From positions 54,498,001 through 54,562,000 of the forward strand of contig CM060731.1 in the NCBI GenBank assembly GCA_030704615.1: a stretch of DNA of 64,000 nucleotides, written 5' to 3'. Position numbers and translations under genes: made by a program. Below, piece by piece: positions 11,978 to 24,300 of the stretch (position 1 is the stretch's first letter; each line of letters begins with the position of its first letter). Source of the stretch: Takakia lepidozioides (Eukaryota > Plantae > Bryophyta). The notes beneath the pieces were generated by a model. It saw nothing but the letters and a program-made list of their open reading frames with translations, was not told the origin of the DNA and did not search any database.

Positions 11978-13625
11978 AGAATATGCCAATCTTCCAAGGC
12001 CACTTACATGTGCTCTGTAACACCCAATCTTACAAATTCATTGCTGCCAATAGCAACTATAAATCCCCTCCTTATGGCCATAGCTCTGCCTCCCACCAGG
12101 AAAGTATGATAACTTCCCACTACTATCCACACTATTACACAAATCACTACAACAACTATAAAACTACCAAGGCTACTTTAGCTAAGGTGCAACCCAACTG
12201 CCACTGCCAAGGCTGGCCTAAGCCAATACCGTCCATTCGTCACACAAAAGCACTTGCTTCTATTAAACACCACCTCACTATATCTACTTCCTGCTATTGT
12301 TTACAAAGACTTTATCTCCCCCCCCCATAGCTATTACTTACCACAACACACAATTGACCCCGTCACCTACATCACACCTAGGCTGCAACTTAAACATACC
12401 CCCAAGTACAGCCTCAAAGTACAGCAACAATATATCTCTCCACTTGTGAGCAGATATACTTCTCCCCATTGACTCAATCTAAAACCTCCCTAGCTGCATC
12501 CATTCAGGAACTTAATCGTTGCACACATAAATTGTACCAAGTGGAAACACTCTGTAAAAGTCAAATGGGACCTCAATCACCAACCTCCTTCCTTAAAAAT
12601 ACCAATATTTTCGGGCAATCTACACCTCTGTGTATTAGGATGATAAGCCAAATACTAACCCACTACCCTCTCCAGTGCCACACCCTAACACCAGAGTTGC
12701 AATAGCATGTATTCCCCCTTTTGCGCCCCACCACCTGCAGACCCCACAACAGCTTCAAAAAGACATGTCAATTCCATGTACCCCAAAATTTCCCAAGGTT
12801 CATGTTGCTACCCCCTAACTCTCTTACTCAGGGGCACAACAAAATGCCATTTTTTTCCAAATGTTACACACATGACTACCATACTATAAATACTAAATGC
12901 AAACTACTGCAGCATCCCCCAACTTGCAAAAAGCTTGACTGCAGGCCACATGAACACACACAACACATTAACAATGACCACCACACCACAAGCAAACCAG
13001 CAGCATACTACCCAGTTATCAGTGATATAATTGCCACAAATCAAGACTACAAATGCAAACTGCACACCTATCTCTACCCTCACTGAAATATTATGCTTAC
13101 AAACACTTTAGAAAGGTCATCTTTTCAACCCGTTACCTCCACTTCAGTTGCCAGTACTGCCCCGCACTAAGGCTTCCCCCACTCACTAGGAAACCCCACA
13201 AATATCAATCAATCTTCTCAGGAACCCAACACACTACAGACCCATATCATGCCAAAAGCCTGCACTGCAGCCAAAGCAAGATAAAAATAACTAAGCTAGT
13301 CTTGAATAGGCTGGAAACAACAATCCCAACTAAGCTAAGGTCGTACCTGGCAATAGAAGTGTTGAACCTTAGTAGCAAGATCCGTACAGGCCCTCCTCAT
13401 CCCCAAGCCTTCAAGCAGCCCTTTCAATTCACATCTCCTGTTGTTAGCACCTCATTGGATTATCTCCACTGCAGTTGCCCCACATTAATGCTTAACCCTC
13501 TCACTAGAAAACATCACAAACATCAATCAATCTTCTCAGGGACCCATCACATTTTAGACCCACTTCAGACCAACAGCCTGTACTGTATGGCTGCAGTATG
13601 TATGCACTATCGGTTTTGGCACTAG

Positions 13626-14000
13626 ATCAAGGGCACGACACTGATGCCTAACATTGATTATGGGTCAAATAGGAAGAGTATGCATGTGCTGCCAAGTGGT
13701 TTCGTCAAAATTTTGTTGCACAATGTGAAAGACCTGCAACTCGTCATGCACAACTTTAATGGGTATGCTTACAACTAATGAATAAGCTTGAAAATGTTGG
13801 TGCTCTATCGAGAGACATTAGCACATTGTACCTCACTAGCAAGGCGACCAGGTCGCATTGACAGTCCATAGCCACTTCAGTGTGGTGATATGGTGCGTTC
13901 CTCCGGTGTGGTGCTCAAATGGCTCGCTATGTGTCGACACTAAAGAGGAAAACAAAAGTGAAGCGTGTTGCACATGGAAAATGCTCCTGTAACCAATGGG
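13626..14000 (+). pseudogene. RPL32: Degenerate fragments of ribosomal protein L32 (eL32)
   Basis: IKGTTLMPNIDYGSNRKSMHVLPSGFVKILLHNVKDLQLVMHN at 13626-13755, then AQMARYVSTLKRKTKVKRVAH...VTN at about 13915-13998. Confidence 0.8.
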
Positions 14001-14682
14001 AAAATATCAAAGAATGGAATATGTGCCTGGCATCTGCTGTGTTGTCTTATTCTACGTAGGTTTCATCGGTCAACCTTTCCCCAAATGGCAGACATTGGTT
14101 AAATCTTATCATGACATTGTGCTTCATGAGGGATTTTCTCATTGCACATTCATCCACTCTCATTCATCCATAAAGCATGTTGAAACCAGTCACAACCCTA
14201 AGACACACCATCCACAATTTGCATGTCTCAGGCCCCCCTTACCACTATCAAAATACACTCATTTGCATCCCGCCACCGTGGTGGGCCATTCAAAAGATTC
14301 TCAATTCAACTACATTATGGTCATGTACCCCCACTGAGATGCTTCCAGGGCCAATGCAAACTACCAACACTGTCAGGAATTACTCGCCAAATAAGGAGGC
14401 CCCCCTGTGGATAGTTGGTACACACCCCCTTTCATGCAACTACTTTACTGCACCATAGAATGGCACATTCGGCACACACGGAATATATGTGGGCGATGTT
14501 GTTGAATGATTGTGTTTGCAGAGACGAAATATACAATGGTTGTGGATGAATTAATGAGGATGATAGACAGTGAATGTGGATGCCACGCTGCGAATGTGGA
14601 TGAATGTGGATGAAATCTAAGCTTGCACCTAAAACGTTTGCTCATGCAAAATGACAGAGTGATGCGAAATGAAGACATAAAT

Positions 14683-15130
14683 TGTTGCGGACCTCACTTC
14701 GGTAAGTTCCCCTTCAAGTCATAGTTACTTGCTTTGATGCGCGCGCCTAACTCCTAACCTGGCCGCCGGGCCAACTTGCAGCTTCGGCAGTCCGGAATAG
14801 CTCCCCACTCTTTGGTCGCTTTCCGGCTCGCTCGCTTACTCACTAGTCTTTGGTCACCAACGGGCTTGCACCGTTCTCGGGGTTACTACTCCTTATATAT
14901 ACTTCTGTGACTGTCCGCGGGGGTTCCACAAACAACACCATCATTTTATGGCGAACCACCACGAAGACCCTCGATTCCCGGTGATGAGTCGCGGTGAATC
15001 TTGGCCCACCCACCACGGCCCCATTGGACCGTGATGAGTCCCAAGACTCCCCACGACTCCCACCACAAGGTCTCCGCCCCATGGTGAGTCCTATGCCACC
15101 CCCACTAAGTCCCGCTAAGCTACCACCACC
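14683..15130 (-). repeat. Truncated LTR of the chromovirus family at 51730-62479
   Basis: Reverse-complement match to the 3' two-thirds of that LTR; lacks an internal segment of about 90 bp and is cut off at a CACTA-like terminus. Confidence 0.9.
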
Positions 15131-15814
15131 CACTAGAAGCATTCTTGTCATTTACCACTGGGGTAACCACTCATTTTGAGTCGTAAAAGTCAAAAAACTG
15201 GGATCGACTGGAAGTTACAGACGACTAGTTACAACAGACGTGGTAGTTGGGTTGGACATCCAATGATTGGAGTGGTAAAGGACATAGACGCGCGAACAAC
15301 TGCTCAGCGATTAATGCGATTAATGCTGAAGAACCACGTGGCGTAACCAGGCGGGCCGCCCGTGTGTCTGACCTTTTGGGCTGACTTTGATTTTTCCCTC
15401 CGGATGAGTGGACTGACTCACCCGGGGCGGTGACACATGGACGCGGACGTGGATGCAGACGTGGATGCCGATGTGGCGGCGCCGCGACGAGCGGCAATGC
15501 TGCCACGTGGCCACGGACCCAAGACGCCACATCGCAGTCGGCCACATAACTTGGAGTGCTTCATGTCACGTGGCAACAGCCACTGGCGAAGTCGACTGCA
15601 CAACTGCCGGCAGACGAATCCACGGGGACCACGTGGAGAATGTGTGGGTCGACACGTGGCGTCGTCCCCACGCAATGGCAGTGAGGGGTACGACTGCTAG
15701 TGGAAAGCCGCAGAGTGCTTGTGCCATCTCGGGACTGCTTTGGCCAACTCCGCTGCCACTGTGCTAGTTGGTTGCACTACAGTAGGAAAGCACGAAAAAT
15801 GAGCACTTGTAGTG
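15131..15814. mobile_element. Small CACTA-type non-autonomous element
   Basis: Begins CACTAGAAG, ends CTTGTAGTG; CG-rich CACGTGG/CGACT subterminal repeats; flanks ACC and GTT are not a TSD. Confidence 0.6.
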
Positions 15815-16256
15815 GTTTGTCTGAGTTGTCCAACTGACCTGCATTCTAAGCTGAAAATCTGGTTCTGACGCATTCTACTGGTTTTAGTGGTTCACCCATA
15901 TGCAGGGGGAATTGAGAAGCAATGATACTGGGCGAGACTCAGAACACAGACCACGATGCATGCACAACATCACGCTAATGAACCAAATAGACGAGGCAAC
16001 AGGGAGACCAAAGACCATCACACATACACATAGAAGGTGGACGGACACGACGACAAGTCAGGAAATGTGATATTACATTCAAATAAGAGACCGTCACGGC
16101 ACACATGCATATGAGCAAGACTAAATGCCAACATATATGGTTGCCGGACATCACTTAAACTGTCATGGCTCAAATGTTCAAAACTGGTAACGTGAGTATC
16201 ATACACACTTCTATGAGTATCATTACACACCCAACAGGGACTACAAACATGAAATG

Positions 16257-17207
16257 TCACTTGATACTTTCACCTTTCCTCATACTCTTCTCTGGCCACA
16301 GAGTCACCGTGCCTTTCACGTGCGCTAGTGTGGTCTGGGGGGGGGCATCATCCACATTTGGGCAAGGCAATGTAACACTTGGAAGCATGATCTCGTGGAC
16401 TTTCACCTTGTACCACCCGGATCGAATGTCCTTGCAGTGGAACTTGTCAACCCCGGCTATTCCCACCACTTCCGCCTTGGCGGCGGCTGTCTTTGACCGC
16501 TTGTCATGGGGGTTCAGGAGAAACACAAGATCTGATATCTGCAGACACCAACATCAGGGTCCACTCAGCAACAAACATAGCAATGACAGGGTGAAAGTCA
16601 AGCGCAGCTGGGCATGGAAACGATCTTGGTTGCCACAATATTGAATCAACAGCAAATTCACGGTGTACCAACGTACCTTGAAGCGAAGCTCGTCGCTGAG
16701 GGTGACAATTGAGGAAAGCTGCCCACGTGTCTTCAACTGCAACAGCAAAAAGAGGTTTAGTCAGACGGATAAGAATAACATGAACTCTGGTGGTTGCAAT
16801 GGTATAAACACACCTCCACGGAGCAAGCTAACAAACACCCTGCTCAGACCCTACACACTACAACTTCCTGGCAAAAATAACCCTACTAAAAACCAGCCAG
16901 GCAAAGCAAAGAGCCATGAATGCATGCCTGGGGAACCACGTCCTGCTGCGATGATGGTGCCGGGGACAGCCCACTCCTCTTGCTCACCTGCAATGAATAC
17001 ACATTGCAACGCTTCAGGAAGTGTATCCATAAAGGAAACCAACCAAGTAAGTTTGCGGAGAGGGGCTGGGAACAACCATACCTTGGGCGTTGCCTCCTCA
17101 TGCCGGGGGGTAGATCCGGAATGCTGCCGCCGTAGCACTATGGTCCTTGGCGCATGACCCACCTTCTTCACATTCGACCCCACTGCCACTCCCTGTACAT
17201 GTGGTCC
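16257..17207 (-). CDS. Putative downstream exons ending in a CACTA Tnp1/TnpA-like C-terminal domain
   Basis: GT-AG-bounded in-frame exons 17207-17082 (126 bp), 16736-16677 (60 bp) and 16538-16257 (VAKA-type motif AAAKAEV..., FHCKDIRSGWYKVKVHEIMLPSVTLPCP...GTVTLWP). Confidence 0.6.
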
Positions 17208-17311
17208 CTGCAAAACATATAGTGCCAGCCTTGCGTGAGAGGGCATCCGGGGGGAACAAAACAAACATATCTTTTGGCTTCGATGTCATGTTGCAAACAG
17301 TAAGGTTAGTT

Positions 17312-18208
17312 TCACCTGCATGGGCGCAGAAGTACTTCCCCAACGACCCCATCCTCTCCCACATTCAAGCTGCCAGTCGGGGTCAGCTTCCGCGTGCTTG
17401 TGAAGACACGCACATCCTTGGAGCAAAACAAATCTTGGCAGTAGGGCCAGACTGTTTCTAAAAGGTAGTCTGAATCAGGCCCCTCACTAACATTGCCAGT
17501 GACATCAAACGACAATGGATGGATCATGTTCAAAGGGGAGTTCCCCCTCCCCTTGTGTGGTGAATCATCCACTAGGAGGGTGTTGGATTCGTTAAATCCA
17601 GAAAATTGCGACCACACCCTCGACAGTCTCTTCTGTAAGTTTTGTACGGCAGGCCATTTTGTGGGGTATGGCTCTGTCAAGGGGTCACACTCCTCTTGTG
17701 ACCACACAAAGAGGGGAGAACCCTTGACCCCCTGCATCACCACTTTGAAGATGTCTGCAACATTCCCCTTGGAAGCACATGACCATATCCCAACGTAGAA
17801 ATACCGGAAGAGAAGGTTTAAAAACTCGCAGACCTGGGGCCTTGGGAAAACATACTTGTTGGTGGTCAACACCCATGGCCAATGATGCCTCGGGTTGGGC
17901 TGAAAGTTAGGAATAGAGTGGCACATGATCCCGTTCAGGTCTAGAACAATTAGTTTCGACTTTTCAATGAAAGGAGCTTTTGAAGGGGTGTCACGGGGTC
18001 TCACCTCAGTGGGTTGGGAGACAACAGTCACCCCGGAGGACAAAGTTTCGGTCCCCCTGCAGCCTGGACCAGGCAAACTACCACCATCTCCCCCTACAAC
18101 TTCCCCTTTTCCCCCATCAAGAGCAGTGACCCCCCCATCGTCCATGTCATCCCCACCAACTTCCTGGACCTCTCCCTCTTCAACGAGTGGACCCTGCCCG
18201 TTGAACAT
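17312..18208 (-). CDS. FCP1/NIF-homology HAD-superfamily phosphatase-like domain (DLNG variant), probably TE-borne
   Basis: Uninterrupted 298-aa ORF with KLIVLDLNG, FPRPQVCEFL, VGIWS, LFVWSQEEC, KRLSRVW and NTLLVDDSPHK motifs typical of the plant DLNG-type NIF family. Confidence 0.85.
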   Translation of the reverse strand: MFNGQGPLVEEGEVQEVGGDDMDDGGVTALDGGKGEVVGGDGGSLPGPGCRGTETLSSGVTVVSQPTEVRPRDTPSKAPFIEKSKLIVLDLNGIMCHSIPNFQPNPRHHWPWVLTTNKYVFPRPQVCEFLNLLFRYFYVGIWSCASKGNVADIFKVVMQGVKGSPLFVWSQEECDPLTEPYPTKWPAVQNLQKRLSRVWSQFSGFNESNTLLVDDSPHKGRGNSPLNMIHPLSFDVTGNVSEGPDSDYLLETVWPYCQDLFCSKDVRVFTSTRKLTPTGSLNVGEDGVVGEVLLRPCR

Positions 18209-18265
18209 ACCAAAAGATGATTTTGTGAAGTTTTTTAGTATTGTGTCATTGGTGATGCATCACAG

Positions 18266-19824
18266 GAGGAGGAAGCACTTCAACAGAAAGAAAAACAGGA
18301 AGAAGCAGCAAATGAAGAGTTTGACAAGTGGAAGGGAGCTTTTAGTGTGCACACTGAGGGCACCCTAGAAAACGATGTGCAAGAAGAAAGCCAAGGCCTT
18401 CTCTTTGACTTTGTGGAGTACATCAAGGTATTCCAGCCTTCCTCACAATATCAACATTTATTGGCTGCTCAAACTTATTTGTGTGAGTGAAACAATAATC
18501 ACACTTGATTTGACACACGTCTCTCAGTTAGCCAGAGTACAATGTGCTCCTTTTCCTTCCTCCCTGTTGTCTTCTTCACCATACAACTATTGAGCTAATC
18601 AGTTTGTACAGTGATCTGACATAAGGGCATAACCACATTTGATTGGGTTGACAGAAATATAAGTGTGTGGCCTTGGATAATCTAGCAGCAGAGTTCAATC
18701 TGCGAACTCAGGTCAGTGACTCAAGTATGGTGTAGCACTATGGCTTATCTCATTAAATCATCTGAATTACAACCCTGCAAGTTATCATTATTTGACGTTG
18801 TGTATCTTTTGCACTTGAAAGTGTACAAGGCAATGAAGTTTGCCCCAGATGTAGAGAAGGGAGTTTATGATTATGTAGCCAAGTGATAGTTCACATGAAC
18901 TCAGCTCTGGGAGCTCTGGAAATGTTACTATTGCATTAGTAGACGTAATGCAGGTAATACCTGACATACAGATAAATTCTCTGGACCTTATGTGTTTATA
19001 GAGGGATTTCACACGAGTGTTGTACCTCAGTGTGCGTTTTGTGCTTGATTTGTGCAGGACTGCATCAGCAGGGTTTTGGCTTTAGAGCAAATGGGTAAGC
19101 TTCATGCTCCCACCTTTGCAAGCGTCACACTTACATTGCAGAGGGGGCTATACTCGGCCATTTGTCTGTGCCATGAGAATGTCACTGCAATCCAGCGGGA
19201 AAGGTAATGGGCTACATTATTAATCCAGGACCAGCATCATCCTCTAAGATGGCAAACAAAACTCGCCATGAAATGATCCTTTCATTGGGTTTGTATTAGC
19301 TGTGCCGGGGCGTGAAGCAACCTCCTGCCTCAAGTTTTTTGGGGAAGTAGCAAATGCCAACACCCATTGACTAATCCAATGGAGTCTTGTGTGTGCGAAC
19401 CCCACGACAGAAGTGTCCTCAAGGGTATGTCATTGATGAGCAACAGATCCCTCTTTTGTCAAACAAGAAGTCTGATCACAGGTGCAGGGACTGGTCCATA
19501 CATGTATGGTTACGCCAGGAATAGTGACTTGCTGGTTCAAATTGTGCTGCTCATGTGGTCGGGATGTCTGATATGGCAGGTCAAATATCAGGGGTGATGG
19601 ACGACAGGGGCAAGTTCATCTACATCTCTCCTGAAGAGATGAACGCCGTAGCTGATTATATTAAACGTCTAGGCCGCGTGAGCATCTCTCATTTGGCTAG
19701 CAAGTCAAATGTATTTATTAACTTGGAGCCCAAGTCTCTGCCCCCAAACAACATCTCCTATATCCAGGAGGCTGAGACTACAACGGTTCCAGAATTAGCC
19801 CCCTCCATCTCTGTGGCTTCATGA
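18266..19824 (+). CDS. DDRGK1: DDRGK domain-containing protein 1 (UFM1 system adaptor), last four exons
   Basis: Exons 18266-18427 ([17 protein letters not shown]...[10 protein letters not shown]), 18655-18711 ([19 protein letters not shown]), 19058-19094 ([12 protein letters not shown]), 19580-19824 ([17 protein letters not shown]...stop). All GT-AG and in frame; 5' exons not found. Confidence 0.93.
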
Positions 19825-20429
19825 TGGTCAGGCACTCTTATGTGATTTGAAAGCCAGTAGGAACGGAGAGGACAAAAACGCAGCGACAAAGAGAACCAAG
19901 GAGCTATGAAACTGTCTGAGGTGATTGTAGGGTAGTGGAATGTGTTACGGATCTTTGTGAATATACCTCCTTGAAGGTTACATGTGAACAACAGCTGAGG
20001 CGGGGAAGGACAGTAGCTGCAGCATTGTTAGTTAACAGGGTGGTGCCTCACTCACCAATGCAGAATCTGGCCCCCAGGACCACATCCAGCGACAAACAAA
20101 TGATCGTAACCTAGAAACTCTGTGCCTTCATTGATGTACTCTCAATGCCTGTCTCCATCTGCACTGTTTGAGGCATCGGTTCCTCTGTATTCCATCTCTT
20201 TCGGTAGGTAACTGACCTATCCAGTGTCTCTCACAATCCAGGTGTTTCCATCTTCGGCTAATGGTCATAGTTTGTTCTCTGGCAGACCTTTCAGATATAT
20301 CAGTGAAATATGTTCTCATCAATCTGCCAAATGTAGTCAGAGATCTTACTGCTAGTGCAGAAGGTTTGAAATAATCCAATGTCCCTGGCCCAGTATTTCA
20401 GGTCCTCCAGAAAATCTTTCCAATCCTCG

Positions 20430-20571
20430 TCAATATATGAAGCGAGACGTTTGTTTTGTTTTGTTTTGTTTTGTAGCGTCGTTGAGATCTCCCAAACCGG
20501 GGGGCCCCAAAGCTGGTGCTTGGTGTCATTGGAAAGCTCTCGATGGGGAGGGGTGTCTCCTCTTCCACTAG
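20430..20571 (+). mobile_element. Mini non-autonomous Helitron-like insertion
   Basis: 5' TC-ATATAT-like start, 3' hairpin (GGAGGGG...CTCCTCTTCC) followed by CTAG|T; interrupts a degenerate reading frame on the minus strand. Confidence 0.5.
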
Positions 20572-21366
20572 TGTAGCGCTCCAGAACAACAACTGCCAAT
20601 TTCATTACAAATTTCTTTTGTTGATATACATGTTGGTACAAATATGGTGGGAGAAAATAGACTTGATTTAAGCACTATCATTTAGCCTTCACTCGGCCAC
20701 AGATGTGACACTTGCATGTAATTGCATTGCCAGTCACACTCTCTAGAAAAGGATATTGGAGATGTAAAAGATCAATGGCGTGAAGGAAAATCATCAATAA
20801 ACCTGTTGGTTGCAGAGAGACCTTCTCCACTTGTCATACACAGATGAGTCTGAAACAGCCGCAGGAACCAGCGCTGGTGGAGTAGCTTTGTGGACAGTGT
20901 GGACTGAGATCTGCTGTCATTTTGATATGTTCAAATTTTTATGTAGGCACAAAATATTTGGTTTTAACAGAGTTGTGACTCTGCTAACTGTTGGGCGTGG
21001 TGGAAATTTACATCTTACCTTATTGACCAACTAACCAACAGATGTGCTAAACATAACAGGGCTGTTAAAGAAACTGGCAGGTGCAGCCTAGGGTTGCATC
21101 TCCAATAAAGAGCTGCAAGAGAGACAGATGGGGGAGACACATGACTTGGATTCATGGTTGTCATAGATGGAAAGGAAAGAGACTAGACTGACATGCCTGA
21201 CCTGCTCATGGTTGATTAATATCAGCTTTTAATTTGCAACAGGAAATTCAAGAAATTTCTCTAGAGAAGTTAAAAGTGCTACCACTACTTCCTGCACTAC
21301 AGTCCTGACTACATAATCTTAGAACGCGTAGCTCTGACTGGATTGCTCATAATCCCCAAGAACCAG

Positions 21367-24300
21367 TTAGGGAACTCTTCCAGTTACCCGTTGGACGGCA
21401 GCCTTGATACCCTCTCTGTCAAGCTCTGTATTCAACTGCACCTCTTGAACCTGCAATAGGATAACCACCAGCCCAAGTGTAATCAGAACATCACGAGGAC
21501 AGATAAGATACAGTGTACTGGATAATCAATACCTGTGGCATCATTGACAGCATAGTCTTCAAGGGATGATGCTGGTTCTCCCAAAGGGTCATGGGATCTC
21601 AGCAAGAAATGAAACTTGGCTTAAAATCACCTTGTACTCTACAGCAAAGTTCTCTTTCCCCTTTCCAATGACCACTGCAGAATCTCTCTCTCTCTCTCTC
21701 TCTCACCCTGTGACATGGGCAGGAATCTTAAGGATGATCTCAAGGGCCTGCCTACCCTTGGCACTAGACTGAATATACAGTCAGGCCAGGGAGCCTAGCT
21801 TTGAATAATAAGCAGATGCAGAGATGAAATGAAGATTGTAATTGCCAGATGTGTGGGCAACCTGAGGACAATCTCCATTTTCTGATCCATTGTCCGGGGT
21901 ATTCTCACCAGAGAGTGACCCTCTTCAGGAACATGAAGAACATGGTCCCTGCACATTTATTGGCCAATTTTGAAAATCTCGAGGCTGAGCCTAAAGCCCT
22001 GGTCTACCTTTTGGGCTACTCACATACAGCTGATTGATACTTATGTGAAAAGTCGATGGCTGTTAAGGCTACGGCAAGCCAATGTTTGCAGGGAACTGCA
22101 AGAGTTATTTCTCTCTTTTTCTCCCTCTGTATGTGGCACTATGGCAAACGAAGTCTATGAGTACAACTCTGTGGCAGCCCTGACAATACTACCCAAGTTA
22201 CATTCTTCACAATTCACAGATACCCAATCTTTCCTGCGTCTTATTTACCCATGACTGTACATTGAGCATATCTCCCCCCAGTACCTCCGGCTCATGTAAT
22301 AACCATCTTTCTTTCTTCTGACATGTTCTTTCTTCCTCATCCAGTCAAATGCACATGAAACGGCCAAAAGGTCATGAGCACATGTCAAGGTCCACGTCAA
22401 GGTCTATCTTGATATTACTTAATGCTAAGAAGCGAGAACCCTGATTTCTTGGAGGCTTGCACAACTTGATTAGTATGGCGCACCGGGTTAAACCATGAGC
22501 CAAAAACTGGAGCTATGAAATAAGGAGATGACCTATTACAGCCAAGGTATGCACCTGTGGACATAATGTGAAAGACCAACCAGGTGACCTTTCACATACA
22601 ACATTAATTGAAGGTGAAATATATACCTGTCTTCCAGCCCGAGCTAGCAGAGTGAACTTGCCGTCTTCAGCAGGGGCCTGCCTCAAGCCCACAACAAATC
22701 TGTTAGCTTGTGAGCTGCCTACTCTGGAATTTAGAAGAAGGATAGAGTGCCATAAGGCAACTTCTCCCTCTCTATATCTCTCTCTCTCACTACCGCTCAA
22801 ACTGGGCGCGGGGTCAATGGCCACAAGGCTACGGCAAACAACGTCTTATGAGTACAATCTCTCTCACTACCGGCGTCAGGAGGCAGTCTGCAGTCTGCAA
22901 TCTCTCAGTCTCCTCTTTGCTTATCTACTTGAATGTGACCAGCAATAGCACAAAGCATACTCTTACGCTGGCATTTTAGATGTTAGTGCTGATAGTCAAA
23001 GCAGTATCCTGATTCAAACTAGGAGATCTCGTTAAGGATGGCACACATGCCAAGGCAGACGAGGAGACATGGTTTTTCATCAATGCTCCACTCTTTCCCT
23101 TCTCTTCAAAGCTTCTCCACAGAAAGTACGCACTTACATTAGACAGCCATAACTCCAAATCTTGGGAGACCACACGCTTCTCAAGTTTTTGTCTCCCCAA
23201 TGTGACACCGGTGATTCTAAGAAACCCACAGAAAGTTGTATCAGTTGATGATCACCCCTGTTCCATTGAAGAAATTGGGGCCAACAGAAACATCATAGAT
23301 CAAAAAGTGAACCAAGATAAGAAATCGCTGTCTGGAAGTGAACCCCATCATCACCAATGAAGAACATGCCAGGACACAGAAGAAAGACATGTACACAGAT
23401 CAGAACAATCGACTGTCTATGCCAACTCTGGTTAGTTCCATAGAGTTATTGCTTTCAGGCTCTTGTTCCTTCACTCTCTGTGCCTATTTCCGCTCAAACT
23501 GGGCGCGGGGTCAATGGCCACAAGGCTACGGCAAACAACGTCTTATGAGTACATTCTCTCTGTGCCTACAAAATCTTGAGGCTGAGCCTAAAGCCCTGGC
23601 CCTGTCGGGGTCTAACTGCTGGGCAGATCACACACAGCAGATTGATGCTTGTGTCAAGGGTTTTCTAAAGGAAATCTCGAAAGCATGAACAAATTGTTTA
23701 TATCACGGTAAGTCCCACTACCAGAGTGAGCCCCTCACAACGGTAATGTCTGTTCCATTTTGTTCTGCTAAACTGGACGTGGCATCCATGGCCACTAGGC
23801 TATGGCAAACAACTTCTTACGAGTACATTCTGTCAGTGCCTACAGAGCAAACTTCAACATTGTCTACCCATGTTCTTGCAGCATTTCTGCACAGATTTGC
23901 TCTAGGCCTGGCAGGGATGTGCCAAGAAGCTCTGCATCTGGATCCATAGTCTCTGAATTAGGCAAGCCCACCTGTCAGGTCAAAAGGCAAACAGAAGGGA
24001 ATCAGTGGCGATTCATTCTGCCATAAGTGTGAGAAAAGAAAAAGCACTTCCATTCGGTTTTGTCAACCAACACGGTCAGTAGGCAATGGCGAAACTATCA
24101 ACCTCCTGAGGTCTCAACGTTGGGGAACTATTTGCTTCAATTGGATCTGCGCTGAAGTGCTTCCTTCAATCTTAAAGCAAAAGGAACTTCATTTTACAGG
24201 CCATATCCCACTACTGGAGGTGCCATCGACAAAGGTAGTGGCCCCTTTTCTCCAACAACCCATCACCCCAACATCCCATCCATTGCTTGTACCGAGGGAC

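Noticed and set aside
18345-18370. Helitron 3' end (hairpin plus CTAG)
   Set aside because: Lies inside an intact DDRGK1 exon and is not followed by T.
20100-20650. Minus-strand degenerate coding region
   Set aside because: No recognisable family and multiple stops; left unannotated apart from the mini-Helitron-like insert.
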